A stretch of DNA of 56,702 nt from a virus (Duplodnaviria > Caudoviricetes), in the IMG/VR virus record IMGVR_UViG_3300049846_000236, positions 1 to 56,702 of that record. One strand, given 5' to 3'. Within the stretch, counting starts at the first letter, position 1. Every line of letters begins with the position of its first letter. The position numbers and the translations under genes were made by a program. Shown piece by piece: positions 28,963 through 39,028 of this stretch. The notes beneath the pieces were generated by a model, which saw only the letters and a list, made by a program, of their open reading frames with translations, was not told the DNA's origin and did no database searches.

Positions 28963-29475
28963 TTATGAAGCAAACCTGCCGTTAGCGCCGACCGGCCTTG
29001 TGTACTGGTAAGAAATGACCATATTTAATCCATACCTGCCGAGCACCATATCAATATTGCTGCTTGGTAGGCCCATCATAATGTCAAAATAGTGGAACTT
29101 GTATGTTGTGCTGATCTGATTTACGTCCTCCGCTGTCAGGTCAAATCTGCGGAACAGATCGTAAAGGAAGTCTTTAACCTCCATTAACTTTTCAACGTCA
29201 TAGTCGTAAATCCATAGCACCACTTCATCTCTACAATTCCAGTATTCAGTGTCATACCCGCCTGGAACTAGAATGTCGTATACAATAAATGGTGCATCTT
29301 CTGGTAGGCCTACCGGCGCGTCAGACTTATTTCCGAAGGCCTCTGGGATCTGCTGAATTGGGACAATTGGGGACGAACTGGCATAATCTGACTCATTAAA
29401 AATGCCAGAGGAATACAGTTCGTTGATCATCCACTGACGAACCGTATAGAATGCGCTGTTAGAATAATCAACCAC
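28963..29475 (-). CDS. tail terminator-like protein
   Basis: APFIVYD motif; gene immediately upstream of the major tail protein. Confidence 0.7.
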   Translation of the reverse strand: MVDYSNSAFYTVRQWMINELYSSGIFNESDYASSSPIVPIQQIPEAFGNKSDAPVGLPEDAPFIVYDILVPGGYDTEYWNCRDEVVLWIYDYDVEKLMEVKDFLYDLFRRFDLTAEDVNQISTTYKFHYFDIMMGLPSSNIDMVLGRYGLNMVISYQYTRPVGANGRFAS

Positions 29476-30298
29476 TTGGCGTCAACGCCTCTGTCATCCG
29501 ACTTGCAATTGCGTTTGCATATCCATCAGACGGAGTGCTTACAGAGAGCATGACCGATGCACGGTTAGCAGCCTTGGCAGCCTTGGTTCCGTAATTAGAC
29601 ATATCGCGGTTAACTTCCTGACCTCCGACTCCAGCGAAAAAGGACTCGGTTGCCGCCTGTAGGCCGTGGTACGTTGGTAGTCGGGAGTAGTCAATCATCA
29701 CCGGCTTGGCCGTGAAGGTCAGTCCCGAGAGTGTCTTTCTTCCGTTAATCGGATTATCAAATGCTAGGTACTGTGAAATCGTTGGCCTAATAACAACCTT
29801 CTGACCGTATTCCATCACCATAGCCTTATTGAAGAATACATGGCGCTTCTCAACAGTTTTTCCTGTTGGACCGGGGGTTGCCTGAGCCTCGGTCAAGGGA
29901 ACTAGCGTCTTGGATGGCCTAAACTCTAGCCTCATAGAAAAATTCGCCTTGCCACGACTCATTGGGGGGATCTTAAGGTCGAACAATCTTCCGCTGGTCT
30001 GTCCAACCTTTCCCCACTCATATGCGTGATGCATCGACTTCTTATTGGCCGATGCCATAGCGTTCACATAGGGGAGATACTTTCTTTTTACAGAGTTCTC
30101 GATAGTGCGCTGAATATTTTTCTGTCCCTTGGGAGATGAGATAGCCCATGCTACCGTAGCAATAGAGTTGGCAATTGCCTGTGACATTAGTGGCAGTTCA
30201 TTCACTCCGCGCAACTTTCTACCAGAAATTTTTGTCGATACCGGAGCCGTCAGTCTATAGTTATTAAACTCTCTGAACAGTGCGTCTAGATCGTTCAT
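29468..30298 (-). CDS. neck/tail completion protein
   Basis: Synteny in the head-tail joining module; HHAYEW and FFNKAMVMEYG motifs. Confidence 0.65.
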   Translation of the reverse strand: MNDLDALFREFNNYRLTAPVSTKISGRKLRGVNELPLMSQAIANSIATVAWAISSPKGQKNIQRTIENSVKRKYLPYVNAMASANKKSMHHAYEWGKVGQTSGRLFDLKIPPMSRGKANFSMRLEFRPSKTLVPLTEAQATPGPTGKTVEKRHVFFNKAMVMEYGQKVVIRPTISQYLAFDNPINGRKTLSGLTFTAKPVMIDYSRLPTYHGLQAATESFFAGVGGQEVNRDMSNYGTKAAKAANRASVMLSVSTPSDGYANAIASRMTEALTPSG

Positions 30299-30768
30299 AT
30301 TACGACCACCTGACTAGTTTCAGAAGAGTTGATCTGGACTGTATCAACGCTAGAATCACCTGGCAGCCTGACATTAACCTCAGACAAGTTGCAGAGAATG
30401 TCGTACTCCATGAATGATCCGAATGGCTCATAGGTCGGTGTTACTCCGATAACAATAAACTGGATCCTGTCGTCAAGGTAGTATTGTCCGTCGGCGTCCC
30501 TAATTTTTGTTAGAATATCTCCCTCTCGCATCTTATATGCACTTTTTACTCGGAGGTAGTGGTATTCATCCAATTTGTTTCCCCAGTCCTGCTCTGTTCC
30601 GGAGTCCTTACCCCTTAGGTTGGCCAGGCCACGAGCGATAAGAGGGACCTCTTGGTATTCTGAGTAGACAGCCTTAACCTGCCCGCTTCTAGTGTTTTGC
30701 TCGGTGGTCTTAGCATAAACTCTACCGGTCATGTTATACTTTCCAGAAGTTAAGCAGCCACCGATCAT
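30295..30768 (-). CDS. head-tail joining (stopper-like) protein
   Basis: Size and synteny after the adaptor. Confidence 0.65.
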   Translation of the reverse strand: MIGGCLTSGKYNMTGRVYAKTTEQNTRSGQVKAVYSEYQEVPLIARGLANLRGKDSGTEQDWGNKLDEYHYLRVKSAYKMREGDILTKIRDADGQYYLDDRIQFIVIGVTPTYEPFGSFMEYDILCNLSEVNVRLPGDSSVDTVQINSSETSQVVVI

Positions 30769-31646
30769 ATAGCCACCATGTTAATAGATCTAAAGTCTGA
30801 AAGGATTTGATCAGCGAAAAAGTTACCAGTGCCCTGGAACTGCTTTTGATTAAATACAATTCTCCAGTCGGAAGCATTGATTTGTTCCACGAAGCGCTTC
30901 TTCCAGGCCGTTTCCTTACAGAAATAGTCCTCGACTAGAAGTTGGGCGACAAAGTTAACCTCGTCAGGAACCTGCTCCCACCCATAGACACCCGAGAGCG
31001 AGTACCACTTGTACTTGTTCCAAACTGTGCTAGATGGTCCATCGGACCAGACAGGAACCTCATCAAACTTATAAGCCCTGAGCCCGTAGTTTGTGTCAGT
31101 AATCTCTACGTTCCTTCCGAAATCATTGACGCTCGGGGTCCACACAACCTCATCTTCAAGTTTAATCTCTGTTAAACTAATAATCCTCTGCGGAAGAACG
31201 AGCACCTCCTTGTCGTTACCGTGCATTTTTATTATGTCCGAACGCTTACCGAATGACTGCCCAGTATAATTATTTATCATATACCTGGCAAACAACTCTG
31301 CGTTCTCTACCTCGGCATTTGTCTCGTCTGGGAATTTGGCCTTCATTTCATAAAAATTGACGTATGGAGTTACTACGTTAATATAGTCGGTTTTACCAGA
31401 TGTTTCTCCGGAAACCGTATATTGCCAGGTGACACTAATCTGACACTCAAGGAGGGATTCGTCCAGTTCGGTCAGCACATAATAAACTCCAGTAGATTCG
31501 TGTACTGCTGTTCCGGTTCTTGGCGTGTTTCCAGAGCCCACGACTGTCACAGAGTACGTTGGATTATAGTCAGAATCAGTTGGAACACCGTCCTGATAAA
31601 TCTTTAGATAGACCTTTTCAGTCGTGTTTACATAGATTTGCTTCAT
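30765..31646 (-). CDS. head-tail adaptor with N-terminal Ig-like extension
   Basis: PYV...A..MINNYTGQSF and YGWEQVPDEV adaptor motifs. Confidence 0.75.
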   Translation of the reverse strand: MKQIYVNTTEKVYLKIYQDGVPTDSDYNPTYSVTVVGSGNTPRTGTAVHESTGVYYVLTELDESLLECQISVTWQYTVSGETSGKTDYINVVTPYVNFYEMKAKFPDETNAEVENAELFARYMINNYTGQSFGKRSDIIKMHGNDKEVLVLPQRIISLTEIKLEDEVVWTPSVNDFGRNVEITDTNYGLRAYKFDEVPVWSDGPSSTVWNKYKWYSLSGVYGWEQVPDEVNFVAQLLVEDYFCKETAWKKRFVEQINASDWRIVFNQKQFQGTGNFFADQILSDFRSINMVAI

Positions 31647-31697
31647 GGAAACTCCCTAAATAAGATAAAATCATTGTATCATATCGAGCGTCTAAAT

Positions 31698-34600
31698 TCA
31701 CCATACAGAGACTCCGCCGCCGGTGGTCCCCTCAGAAACAGAAACAGATTGTCCTGTCGTACCCTCTACATTAACCTCTCCAAATACGACTGTAGTAACA
31801 CTAGATGAATCAATAGCGCTAATCGTAGAGAAGTCAGAGCCAGTTACAGAAATTTGAGTAATTTCTTCAACCACTACCGACTCTGAACCCTGGATTACCC
31901 CAGAATCGCTGGCCGACTTCGATACAACACCAACTATTTCAACAGTAGAAACGTCTGACCCATTTATTCCACCAGAGTCAAATACCTGAACAAGCGCTGA
32001 GACCGCAACTGATTCAGAAGAGGTCAGGGAACTAGAGTCTGATGCCGCAACAGGGATCTGTGCGAAGGTGCCCGAGTCGGTACCGATTACCTGGCCTATA
32101 TCGGTGGTGCTAAGTGTTACATATGTTCCAACGCTTTCTGTACTAGAAATTGTTCCAGTGTCAGAGATGTTCGCCCTTGCCGCAATTGCTACAGACTCAG
32201 AAGATGAAATGCTACCGCTGTCACTGGTTGACTTTGTGTCAAAGACCGTCAGCACGGTTGCAGAATCTGAACCTTGAATTACACCACTATCTGATCCCGG
32301 TAGGCTGTTAAATACCGTAACCGTGGTGTCTGTTCCAACCAGCGTGCCGGTGTCTGTCGCAGACAGGGCAATCGGTGTCTGGAATGCCCCAGAGTCGGCG
32401 GCTGCAATATTTGAGGTGTCAGAGGCTGCAACAGATACCGTTCCGAAGGCTGCCGTTTCAGAAGAATTCAGGGTTCCAGTATCAGAGGAAGTTACAGACA
32501 CTACCACAATAGCGGTCTCGCTGGATGATAGTGTTCCTGTATCAGAAGCAGTAATATCAGAAACTCCAGAGGCTACAACGGATGCAGAGTCGGATCCGGA
32601 AATTGTTCCAGAGTCACTTGTGGATATTGGAACCATAATTGCAGACGAATCTGTTCCAACAACCGCTCCCGTGTCTGTGGTAGAATTCTTAAATACGTTT
32701 GCAGAGTCAGAACCGCTAACTGTGCTGGAATCTGTAGATGAGAACGATGCCGTTACCGACGCGATATCACTTCCAGAAATTGTCCCGGTATCACTGGCAG
32801 AAACCGTAATATTTCCAGAAATATCAATTGTCGCCGTGTCTGTTCCTACAATTACTCCAGAGTCAGACCCTGGATAATTAACAAAGATGAAGGCGCTATC
32901 TGTTCCAGAAATAGTGCTGGAGTCTGCTGCTGTTACCGACACTGTGGCAAACGAGCCGGTATCTGTTCCTACCACCGCACCAGTGTCTGTGGTTGACAGC
33001 GTGACATAAAATGCAGTGGTCTCTGTGGCGGAAATCGTGCCAGTATCAGTTGTTGATGTAGAAACTGCCGTTGCTACAGATTCAGTCGAAACTATTGCTC
33101 CGGAATCAGTTGCAGAAATTGGAACCTGAGTCGTCACAGATTCAGAAGAACTTATCGTTCCGGTATCTGTTGTGCTAAATGATGCTCTCGTTGCTACTGA
33201 CTCTGTTCCGGTTACCGCGCTCGTATCGGTCGTAGACATTGTTATGCTTGTTGAAATAGCAGCATCTGTTCCAGTTATTGCTCCGGTGTCGGTTGTCGAA
33301 ATTGATACTGCTATTACTGACGAATCGGTGCCAGTTATTGTACTAGAGTCAGAGGCAGATACCGCTACCGTAGCGAACGTTCCGACGTCAGTTCCGGTAA
33401 TTGCATTAGAGTCTGATACTGTAATTGTTACCAGGGAGATGGACCCTGAGTCTGTTCCAACAACCACGCCAGAATCTGTAGTGCTTAACGAAACCGCCGT
33501 CGATACAGACTCTGCAAGGACCAGGGTCCCTGTATCAGAAGCATTTACAGATATCGTTCCAGTAATTTGGACATTTGATGTTTCAGATACAGAAATTGTG
33601 CCTGTGTCCGACCCTGGATAATCTGCTCTGGTTGATACAGACTCAGAAGAAGATATCGCTCCAGTGTCACTGGCTGCCACGGCCACCGTCGAGAATGTGC
33701 CTACGTCAGAGCCAGAGATTACTCCGGAGTCGGTGGTTGACAGGGTTGCAGACGTTGCTACGGATTCACTAGAAGAGATGGCCCCTGTATCAGTGGTTGA
33801 TAATGTCACGCTTGTTGATGTAACCGTATCTGTACCAGTTATGGCTCCAGTGTCTGTTGTAGAGAATGATGCGACAGGGCTAGAAGATTCAGAACTTGCA
33901 AGGGTTCCTGTATCTGCTGCCGTGATCGGGATTGTTCCGAATACATAAGATTCAGTAGAGGAAATTGTTCCGGTATCCGAGGCCGTTGTCGTTGCAGTTA
34001 TCGCTACCGACTCAGTGAGCGCTACAGTTCCAGTATCAGAAGCGCTGGCTGGAGTTATATCTAGGCCTGGCTTAATTGCAAGCACCAACACTACCCTGTT
34101 TGTGGTTGACTGATCGTATCCTCCGTCGGTGGTTGCTCCAACCTGAACACTGGCCCCTCCGGTAACCTCCTTCTGGTTTATAGCGGTGGCGAATGTTGGT
34201 GTTGCAGCAGCGTTTAGAGATGTTTCTACTACCTCAGAATATCCCGTTGGCGCAGTTTGTGTAGTTGTGCCTGTATTATTTACTCTCCAAGAGTGGAATG
34301 CTAAGATCAGGTCGTCTGCTGTAACCGGTGTGGTCGCAGAGGTACCCCAAGTTGACGAGGCTGTTCCAGATGCGACAGCCGTTTCTTGTACATCCACCCC
34401 TCCGTCGTTTTCTACAATTACAACACCAATCGACCATTTCTGGGAGTTTGTCAGTGTCCATGAAACATTCGTTCCTGAGTCAGATGAGGCTAGGGACTTT
34501 CTATATACCTTCTGCTGTAGAACTGTTGAAGATGACGTAAAGTCCAGAAGGGTCCACCCGGACGGGTCTCCACGGTCAGTGGCGGTGTTTGCCTCCACGA

Positions 34601-37235
34601 CCATGTAAGCAACATCTCCGGTGTTGATTCCGCTCGGAAGTGTCACATTTGTTGCCGAGGATGCTCCAGTTCCAGAGTTATTACTTGCAGAACTTTTAAC
34701 TACCGGTCCCTTTCTTACCGTCACAGATTCAGATAGTGAAATTGTTCCGGAGTCGCTGGCAGAGATTGGCACGAATGTTGCTGAACTGTCCGTTCCAACG
34801 ACTGCACCCGTATCTGTTGTAGAAAATGAAACATTGGTTGTTACAGACTCTGTTAATGCTAGTGTACCTGTATCAGAAGCGGAGGTTACAATTGTCCCTA
34901 GAGTTCCTACGTCAGAACCCACAATTGTTCCGGAATCAGTTGTAGACATTGTAATGCTAGTTGACGCCACAGAATCAGTACCGACAACTGTTCCAGTATC
35001 AGTTGTTGGGACGGTGGCTAGCAACGTCATATTATCTGTTACACTTATAGTTCCAGTATCTGTGGCTGATGTAACAACCTGTACCGATGCCGTGTCTGTT
35101 CCTACAATTGTTCCGGTGTCAGTAATTGTAGATGTTACCAGAATGGATGCAGATTCGGTTGCCGAAAGGGTTCCGGTATCGCTGGCAGACTTATTGGTTG
35201 ATCCACCTACCGACGTGCTCATTGTAATTCTGTTGATATTGTTTACATAATCATATCCAGTAAAATCAATAGTTACTGTGGTTCCGTCGTCGGTGAAGTC
35301 TAGAATACCGTATTGCTTATAGGTTGCTGCGTCTGCTGCGGTAGGGTATGCACCCTGAGACCAGGTTGATCCTCCTCGCACAGTAGCAGAGTTGTTTACT
35401 GGTGCCACCTGAATGGCGGGGAAGCCACCCGGAGCATTTGTGCCATTGTCTGCTGCTAGGAAGTGAGAGTCTCCTGAGACAAAGTACAGTCCGGTGATGT
35501 TGTTGGAGGAGATGTAGTTCAGAAGTTCTGTTCTTTCTGTACTGTACTTGGCCCAGGTATCATCAGTTGTCGTGGTTCCGTGCCACACCATTCCAGACAT
35601 TACTACCTTAACCGGTTCAGTAGCATTTAGAAGTTCTGATTTTAGCCACGCCTTTTGAGTGGTTCCGAGCATGGTTTTGGACGAGTTATCTGTGGCTGCC
35701 GGGTCTGATCTGTGAGCGCGGACGTCTAGAATAATAAATCTGATTCTTCCAATTGTGAAGGCATGTTCTAGTGAGTCCGATACCGGAAGTGTATATGTTG
35801 GAAACATTTCTCTGACTGTAGCCTGCACCGCAGGAATACCTGGCGCTGTACCATCAATATTGTTACCGCTATAATCGTGATCGTCTGGCATATAGACCAG
35901 GGCGGTGTCTCTCAATGATGCCCTTATTGCCTGCTTCTCCATTGCCACCCTCATGGCGGTTCTTGCTAGGTTTTGGTCATTAGTTCCGATATCTTCGTAG
36001 TGGATATCTCCCATATTCAGCCAGAAGGCCGGTCTAGTCGATCTGCTGGCTGAGTGGTACAGGGCTTCACCGGCTGAACCAGAAGTGATACACGATCCTA
36101 GGTGTACCGTGAAGTTTGTTGCCGTACCAGCGGCATTTGGAGTTTTTACAGCACCCTTAGAGTTTTTGTCATAATATCTCTGTCCGAGATTATCCTCTAG
36201 AAAGTAGTAATACTGAGTATTTGCTGACAGCGTTCCTGTCGTAAATTTGGTAAATCCATTCGTACCAGTGTTCTGATAAGAAGTATAGGTTACTCCAGTT
36301 GCGAATGTTGAGTCGGTGGTGTATCCCATTCGAGCATTAGTTACTCCGAGGGTGTGGAATGTGACAGAGAATTGTGTTGCTGTTAGTCCTCCTGCTACGC
36401 GACTTAGAACAGTTCCGGCGTATGCTGTCTGACCAATCCAGTCATCGAACGACATTGCAATATCATCCATCCACATTTCCTGGGTAACTGCGGCGGTGTT
36501 ACCCCATCTGACCTCATCAAAGTGAGGTCCGGTATTCCTTGCGGTATAAGCCCAGGTTTCTGTCGCGGTCGCAGACTGTGGACTGTTGTATAGGCGCATA
36601 TCGACGGTTCCCGTCGTAGCGTTTGTGAAAACCTTACCTTCTATTCTTACCCATTGCCCCAAGGAGATGCTTGTTGTTGACAGTCCCATCGACGTATTTG
36701 CAGCATCGTAACTTTGCACCTTTCCGCCGGTGCTGATGTTCAGGCCGAAGACCAGGGTGTTTGTATTATCATAAAATGCTGCTATTCTTCTGGTAGTTGA
36801 TGGGTTGGCATCCATCCACAAATACAATCTAAAGTAGAAGGTCGTTGGAGGAGTCTCTCCTATTTGGAAGGCATCCCATCTAGTATAAGCGTTGGTTGTT
36901 GCATTAATATGCATAGACCTAGTTCCGTTAACGGACCTGCTTGTGTCATAAGTTAGGGCCGATCCGGTGTCAGAAATTAGAGAGAATGAGTCTCCACCTC
37001 CCCTAGAGGTGGTGGTAGTAACAAGTGCTCCGTTGGCACCATTTTCAAATGTCTGCCTCAGTAGGTGCTTTGTTGGCTCTACAATTACAATCTGGGCGGT
37101 ATCTGTGCCGACTAGGGTTCCTGTATCTGTAGTGCTTGGGGTTAGGGTAGAGGGCTGATTGAATAGAACAGTTTCAATAGCGGGGTTTGGCTGCGCTATT
37201 GGCTGAATTCTAAAGGCTCTACCCAGTCTAGCCAT
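31698..37235 (-). CDS. giant putative virion fibre/decoration protein: lectin-like N-domain, PhoD-type phosphatase domain and about 40 Thr/Ser-rich repeats
   Basis: PhoD motifs GSC, GDIHYED, DDHD, LDVRAHR, MLGTTQKAWL and SGDSH at about 36410-35230; repeats of about 21-22 aa (S[AT][ST]D[TS]G[TA]IxxxES/D). Confidence 0.8.
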   Translation of the reverse strand: MARLGRAFRIQPIAQPNPAIETVLFNQPSTLTPSTTDTGTLVGTDTAQIVIVEPTKHLLRQTFENGANGALVTTTTSRGGGDSFSLISDTGSALTYDTSRSVNGTRSMHINATTNAYTRWDAFQIGETPPTTFYFRLYLWMDANPSTTRRIAAFYDNTNTLVFGLNISTGGKVQSYDAANTSMGLSTTSISLGQWVRIEGKVFTNATTGTVDMRLYNSPQSATATETWAYTARNTGPHFDEVRWGNTAAVTQEMWMDDIAMSFDDWIGQTAYAGTVLSRVAGGLTATQFSVTFHTLGVTNARMGYTTDSTFATGVTYTSYQNTGTNGFTKFTTGTLSANTQYYYFLEDNLGQRYYDKNSKGAVKTPNAAGTATNFTVHLGSCITSGSAGEALYHSASRSTRPAFWLNMGDIHYEDIGTNDQNLARTAMRVAMEKQAIRASLRDTALVYMPDDHDYSGNNIDGTAPGIPAVQATVREMFPTYTLPVSDSLEHAFTIGRIRFIILDVRAHRSDPAATDNSSKTMLGTTQKAWLKSELLNATEPVKVVMSGMVWHGTTTTDDTWAKYSTERTELLNYISSNNITGLYFVSGDSHFLAADNGTNAPGGFPAIQVAPVNNSATVRGGSTWSQGAYPTAADAATYKQYGILDFTDDGTTVTIDFTGYDYVNNINRITMSTSVGGSTNKSASDTGTLSATESASILVTSTITDTGTIVGTDTASVQVVTSATDTGTISVTDNMTLLATVPTTDTGTVVGTDSVASTSITMSTTDSGTIVGSDVGTLGTIVTSASDTGTLALTESVTTNVSFSTTDTGAVVGTDSSATFVPISASDSGTISLSESVTVRKGPVVKSSASNNSGTGASSATNVTLPSGINTGDVAYMVVEANTATDRGDPSGWTLLDFTSSSTVLQQKVYRKSLASSDSGTNVSWTLTNSQKWSIGVVIVENDGGVDVQETAVASGTASSTWGTSATTPVTADDLILAFHSWRVNNTGTTTQTAPTGYSEVVETSLNAAATPTFATAINQKEVTGGASVQVGATTDGGYDQSTTNRVVLVLAIKPGLDITPASASDTGTVALTESVAITATTTASDTGTISSTESYVFGTIPITAADTGTLASSESSSPVASFSTTDTGAITGTDTVTSTSVTLSTTDTGAISSSESVATSATLSTTDSGVISGSDVGTFSTVAVAASDTGAISSSESVSTRADYPGSDTGTISVSETSNVQITGTISVNASDTGTLVLAESVSTAVSLSTTDSGVVVGTDSGSISLVTITVSDSNAITGTDVGTFATVAVSASDSSTITGTDSSVIAVSISTTDTGAITGTDAAISTSITMSTTDTSAVTGTESVATRASFSTTDTGTISSSESVTTQVPISATDSGAIVSTESVATAVSTSTTDTGTISATETTAFYVTLSTTDTGAVVGTDTGSFATVSVTAADSSTISGTDSAFIFVNYPGSDSGVIVGTDTATIDISGNITVSASDTGTISGSDIASVTASFSSTDSSTVSGSDSANVFKNSTTDTGAVVGTDSSAIMVPISTSDSGTISGSDSASVVASGVSDITASDTGTLSSSETAIVVVSVTSSDTGTLNSSETAAFGTVSVAASDTSNIAAADSGAFQTPIALSATDTGTLVGTDTTVTVFNSLPGSDSGVIQGSDSATVLTVFDTKSTSDSGSISSSESVAIAARANISDTGTISSTESVGTYVTLSTTDIGQVIGTDSGTFAQIPVAASDSSSLTSSESVAVSALVQVFDSGGINGSDVSTVEIVGVVSKSASDSGVIQGSESVVVEEITQISVTGSDFSTISAIDSSSVTTVVFGEVNVEGTTGQSVSVSEGTTGGGVSVW
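31760..35200 (-). repeat. degenerate tandem protein repeats (about 63-69 bp) in two blocks
   Basis: Recurring SASDTGT/STTDTGA units at about 35200-34720 and 34060-31760, separated by a globular domain. Confidence 0.8.
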
Positions 37236-37238
37236 TTG

Positions 37239-37991
37239 TTACCACCTACTTGACCTGTGGCTGGCAGGAGTCCACAGTTGGGCTGATTTTGCCTCGTTCC
37301 AGCCGAAAATGGTATCTACAGTTGGTTGAAATGCTACTGCTGTTGCAAGTACCCTAGACGATACTGTCGCTGATGGGGTAATTGCTGCTGCTGCTACCGC
37401 ACCCGCCGTACCTTGGACAAGGCTGGACACTTCGGTTCCGTGGCCTGTACCGGAGGTGGTATGGTCATCAGAGCGCTCAGTATATGTAGCAACAGTAAAT
37501 GTGTGTGCGGTATCGTTAACACGCATACCAATACCAATAACAAGTGCGTTGTTGGTTGCTGTGGTAATAGTTGGAATGTTAAAAGATGTTGTGGCTGCCG
37601 CGTCTGTTGGGGTTGCAGCGATTGCATCACGAGTTTGGGTCGCCCCGCTGAATGCCAAAATTCTTGCAGTTGCAGAGTCACCAGTGGTACCGGTAGTTAG
37701 GGATGACCACTGGAAGGATGCGTCGTCGCTTGTGCTTCCGTCAGCAATTCTGGTAAACACATAAATGCGCCCCCCGGATGCCGTTGCCGATGTTACTGGA
37801 AATCCGGTGACAAGATTCCAGTTGGTCGGGGTGGCACAGGCATTAGTAATACCTCTGGCATTGGTAACAAGCACCAAGAGGTCGCCCTGCCTGCGAGCGG
37901 TGGGCGCTGTTGGTGCCAGGGTGGTCGGAGTTGCCACGTTGTTGGCGGTAGCAACCATCGTTCCCGCTGCGATGAAGGCCGGAACAGCCAT
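37239..37991 (-). CDS. putative virion structural/decoration protein
   Basis: Ala/Thr-rich; GDLLVLV...PTNW and GIGMR motifs resemble the internal globular domain of the 1845-aa protein. Confidence 0.6.
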   Translation of the reverse strand: MAVPAFIAAGTMVATANNVATPTTLAPTAPTARRQGDLLVLVTNARGITNACATPTNWNLVTGFPVTSATASGGRIYVFTRIADGSTSDDASFQWSSLTTGTTGDSATARILAFSGATQTRDAIAATPTDAAATTSFNIPTITTATNNALVIGIGMRVNDTAHTFTVATYTERSDDHTTSGTGHGTEVSSLVQGTAGAVAAAAITPSATVSSRVLATAVAFQPTVDTIFGWNEAKSAQLWTPASHRSSRW

Positions 37992-37994
37992 ATC

Positions 37995-38483
37995 TTATTC
38001 TTCCCAACGCACACTATATGCGACACCAGATGTAAGTGTCTGCGTAGGTGTAAGTTTCAGCCTAAAAATCGCGCTCGGCGGAACGTACATTTCATCTCCT
38101 AGAGGGAAGAAAACTTCATATCCTCCCAGGCAGGAAACATACATAGAAACGTATGGGTCTGCAGAAGTTGATGACGGAGCCCAGGTTCCCTCTACTGTAA
38201 TGGTATGCTTAACAGTCGCAGCCGAGTTCTGGCTCGCATGAGCAGCACCCCACTTGGCAATGTTGGCGGCAGTAATCTGTGTTCCAGTTGCTGTAGCACC
38301 ACCGGCAATGTCCACTCCATATTCTACAAGGACGGGGACGTCAGAGGTAGTAACACCCTTAAACCATACCCCAATTTCCTTAATTTTAGCGTCACCTGTA
38401 GCGGGAGGAACAATTTCTATCAAACTCTTAGCGGTTGTTCCGGTAAGAGTGATAGCGTTCTGACTTACTTGATAGGTTGACAT
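37995..38483 (-). CDS. putative virion structural protein
   Basis: Start MSTYQV after AAAGGAG; C-terminal WEE; first gene of the three-gene cassette. Confidence 0.65.
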   Translation of the reverse strand: MSTYQVSQNAITLTGTTAKSLIEIVPPATGDAKIKEIGVWFKGVTTSDVPVLVEYGVDIAGGATATGTQITAANIAKWGAAHASQNSAATVKHTITVEGTWAPSSTSADPYVSMYVSCLGGYEVFFPLGDEMYVPPSAIFRLKLTPTQTLTSGVAYSVRWEE

Positions 38484-38499
38484 TTTTCTCCTTTCATAA

Positions 38500-38540
38500 T
38501 AAAAGCCGCACCCAGGCATGAATATGTGCCTAGGTACGGC
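38500..38540 (-). terminator. terminator-like hairpin in the 5' leader of the 38483 gene
   Basis: GCCGTACCTAGGCA-8 nt-TGCCTGGGTGCGGC (14 bp, two G-U pairs that form only on the minus strand) followed by TTTTATT. Confidence 0.6.
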
Positions 38541-38581
38541 GGTTCATCTTTCGATGCCTACTATAACATCTAGTTGCTACT

Positions 38582-38610
38582 ATTTTAACACACTGTTTAT
38601 TAAAAAGGAA
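38582..38610 (-). promoter_or_regulatory. promoter of the PhoD-fibre cassette
   Basis: TG-x-TAAAAT extended -10; degenerate -35 (TTCCTT) at 17 nt within the upstream terminator tail. Confidence 0.5.
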
Positions 38611-38629
38611 AGGCCACCCGAAGGTGGCC
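38602..38629 (-). terminator. intrinsic terminator
   Basis: GGCCACC-TTCG-GGTGGCC followed by TTTCCTTTTT. Confidence 0.8.
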
Positions 38630-38647
38630 AATCCACAACCAGAGCCG

Positions 38648-39028
38648 TCAGACGGTGATGGTTAGAGTAGCGGTGAACTGCCAAGTCTGTGTGCCTGGCT
38701 TGGTTCCCAACGATTCAACCTTACGGCTAAGCATTGTTCCAGCAGATGAAGCATTGAAGATGCCCCACTCCTGCCAAGCAAAGTTCGCCTCTGAGGTTCC
38801 AAACGTTGAGCGGAATGTCAAGACGTTTGTTGCCTGCTGAGGATAGGTTGCGTCCATTCCCTTACGCAACTTGTTAGATGCTGCCTGCAGGTCTGTGTAT
38901 GTCAGAGGGGTTGCGTTGGTGGTCGAGTCCCCCACGCCAATGTAGGCGTTGGTGTTATCGAATAGAGTTCCCGTACCAGCGAAAATCTTCGTAACAATAT
39001 AATCTCTACCAGCGTTAACTAGTGGCAT
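38648..39028 (-). CDS. small virion structural protein
   Basis: AYIGVGD...STFGTSEANFAWQEWGIFNASSAGTML motif common in phage fibre-base proteins. Confidence 0.7.
   Translation of the reverse strand: MPLVNAGRDYIVTKIFAGTGTLFDNTNAYIGVGDSTTNATPLTYTDLQAASNKLRKGMDATYPQQATNVLTFRSTFGTSEANFAWQEWGIFNASSAGTMLSRKVESLGTKPGTQTWQFTATLTITV

Noticed and set aside
31760-35200. Tandem repeats considered as a CRISPR array or DGR template
   Set aside because: The repeats are degenerate at DNA level, in frame and conserved as protein. There are no identical repeats with unique spacers and no reverse transcriptase.
38560-38577. NrdR-box-like string TATAACATCTAGTT
   Set aside because: Single copy, several mismatches, and not upstream of nrdJ.
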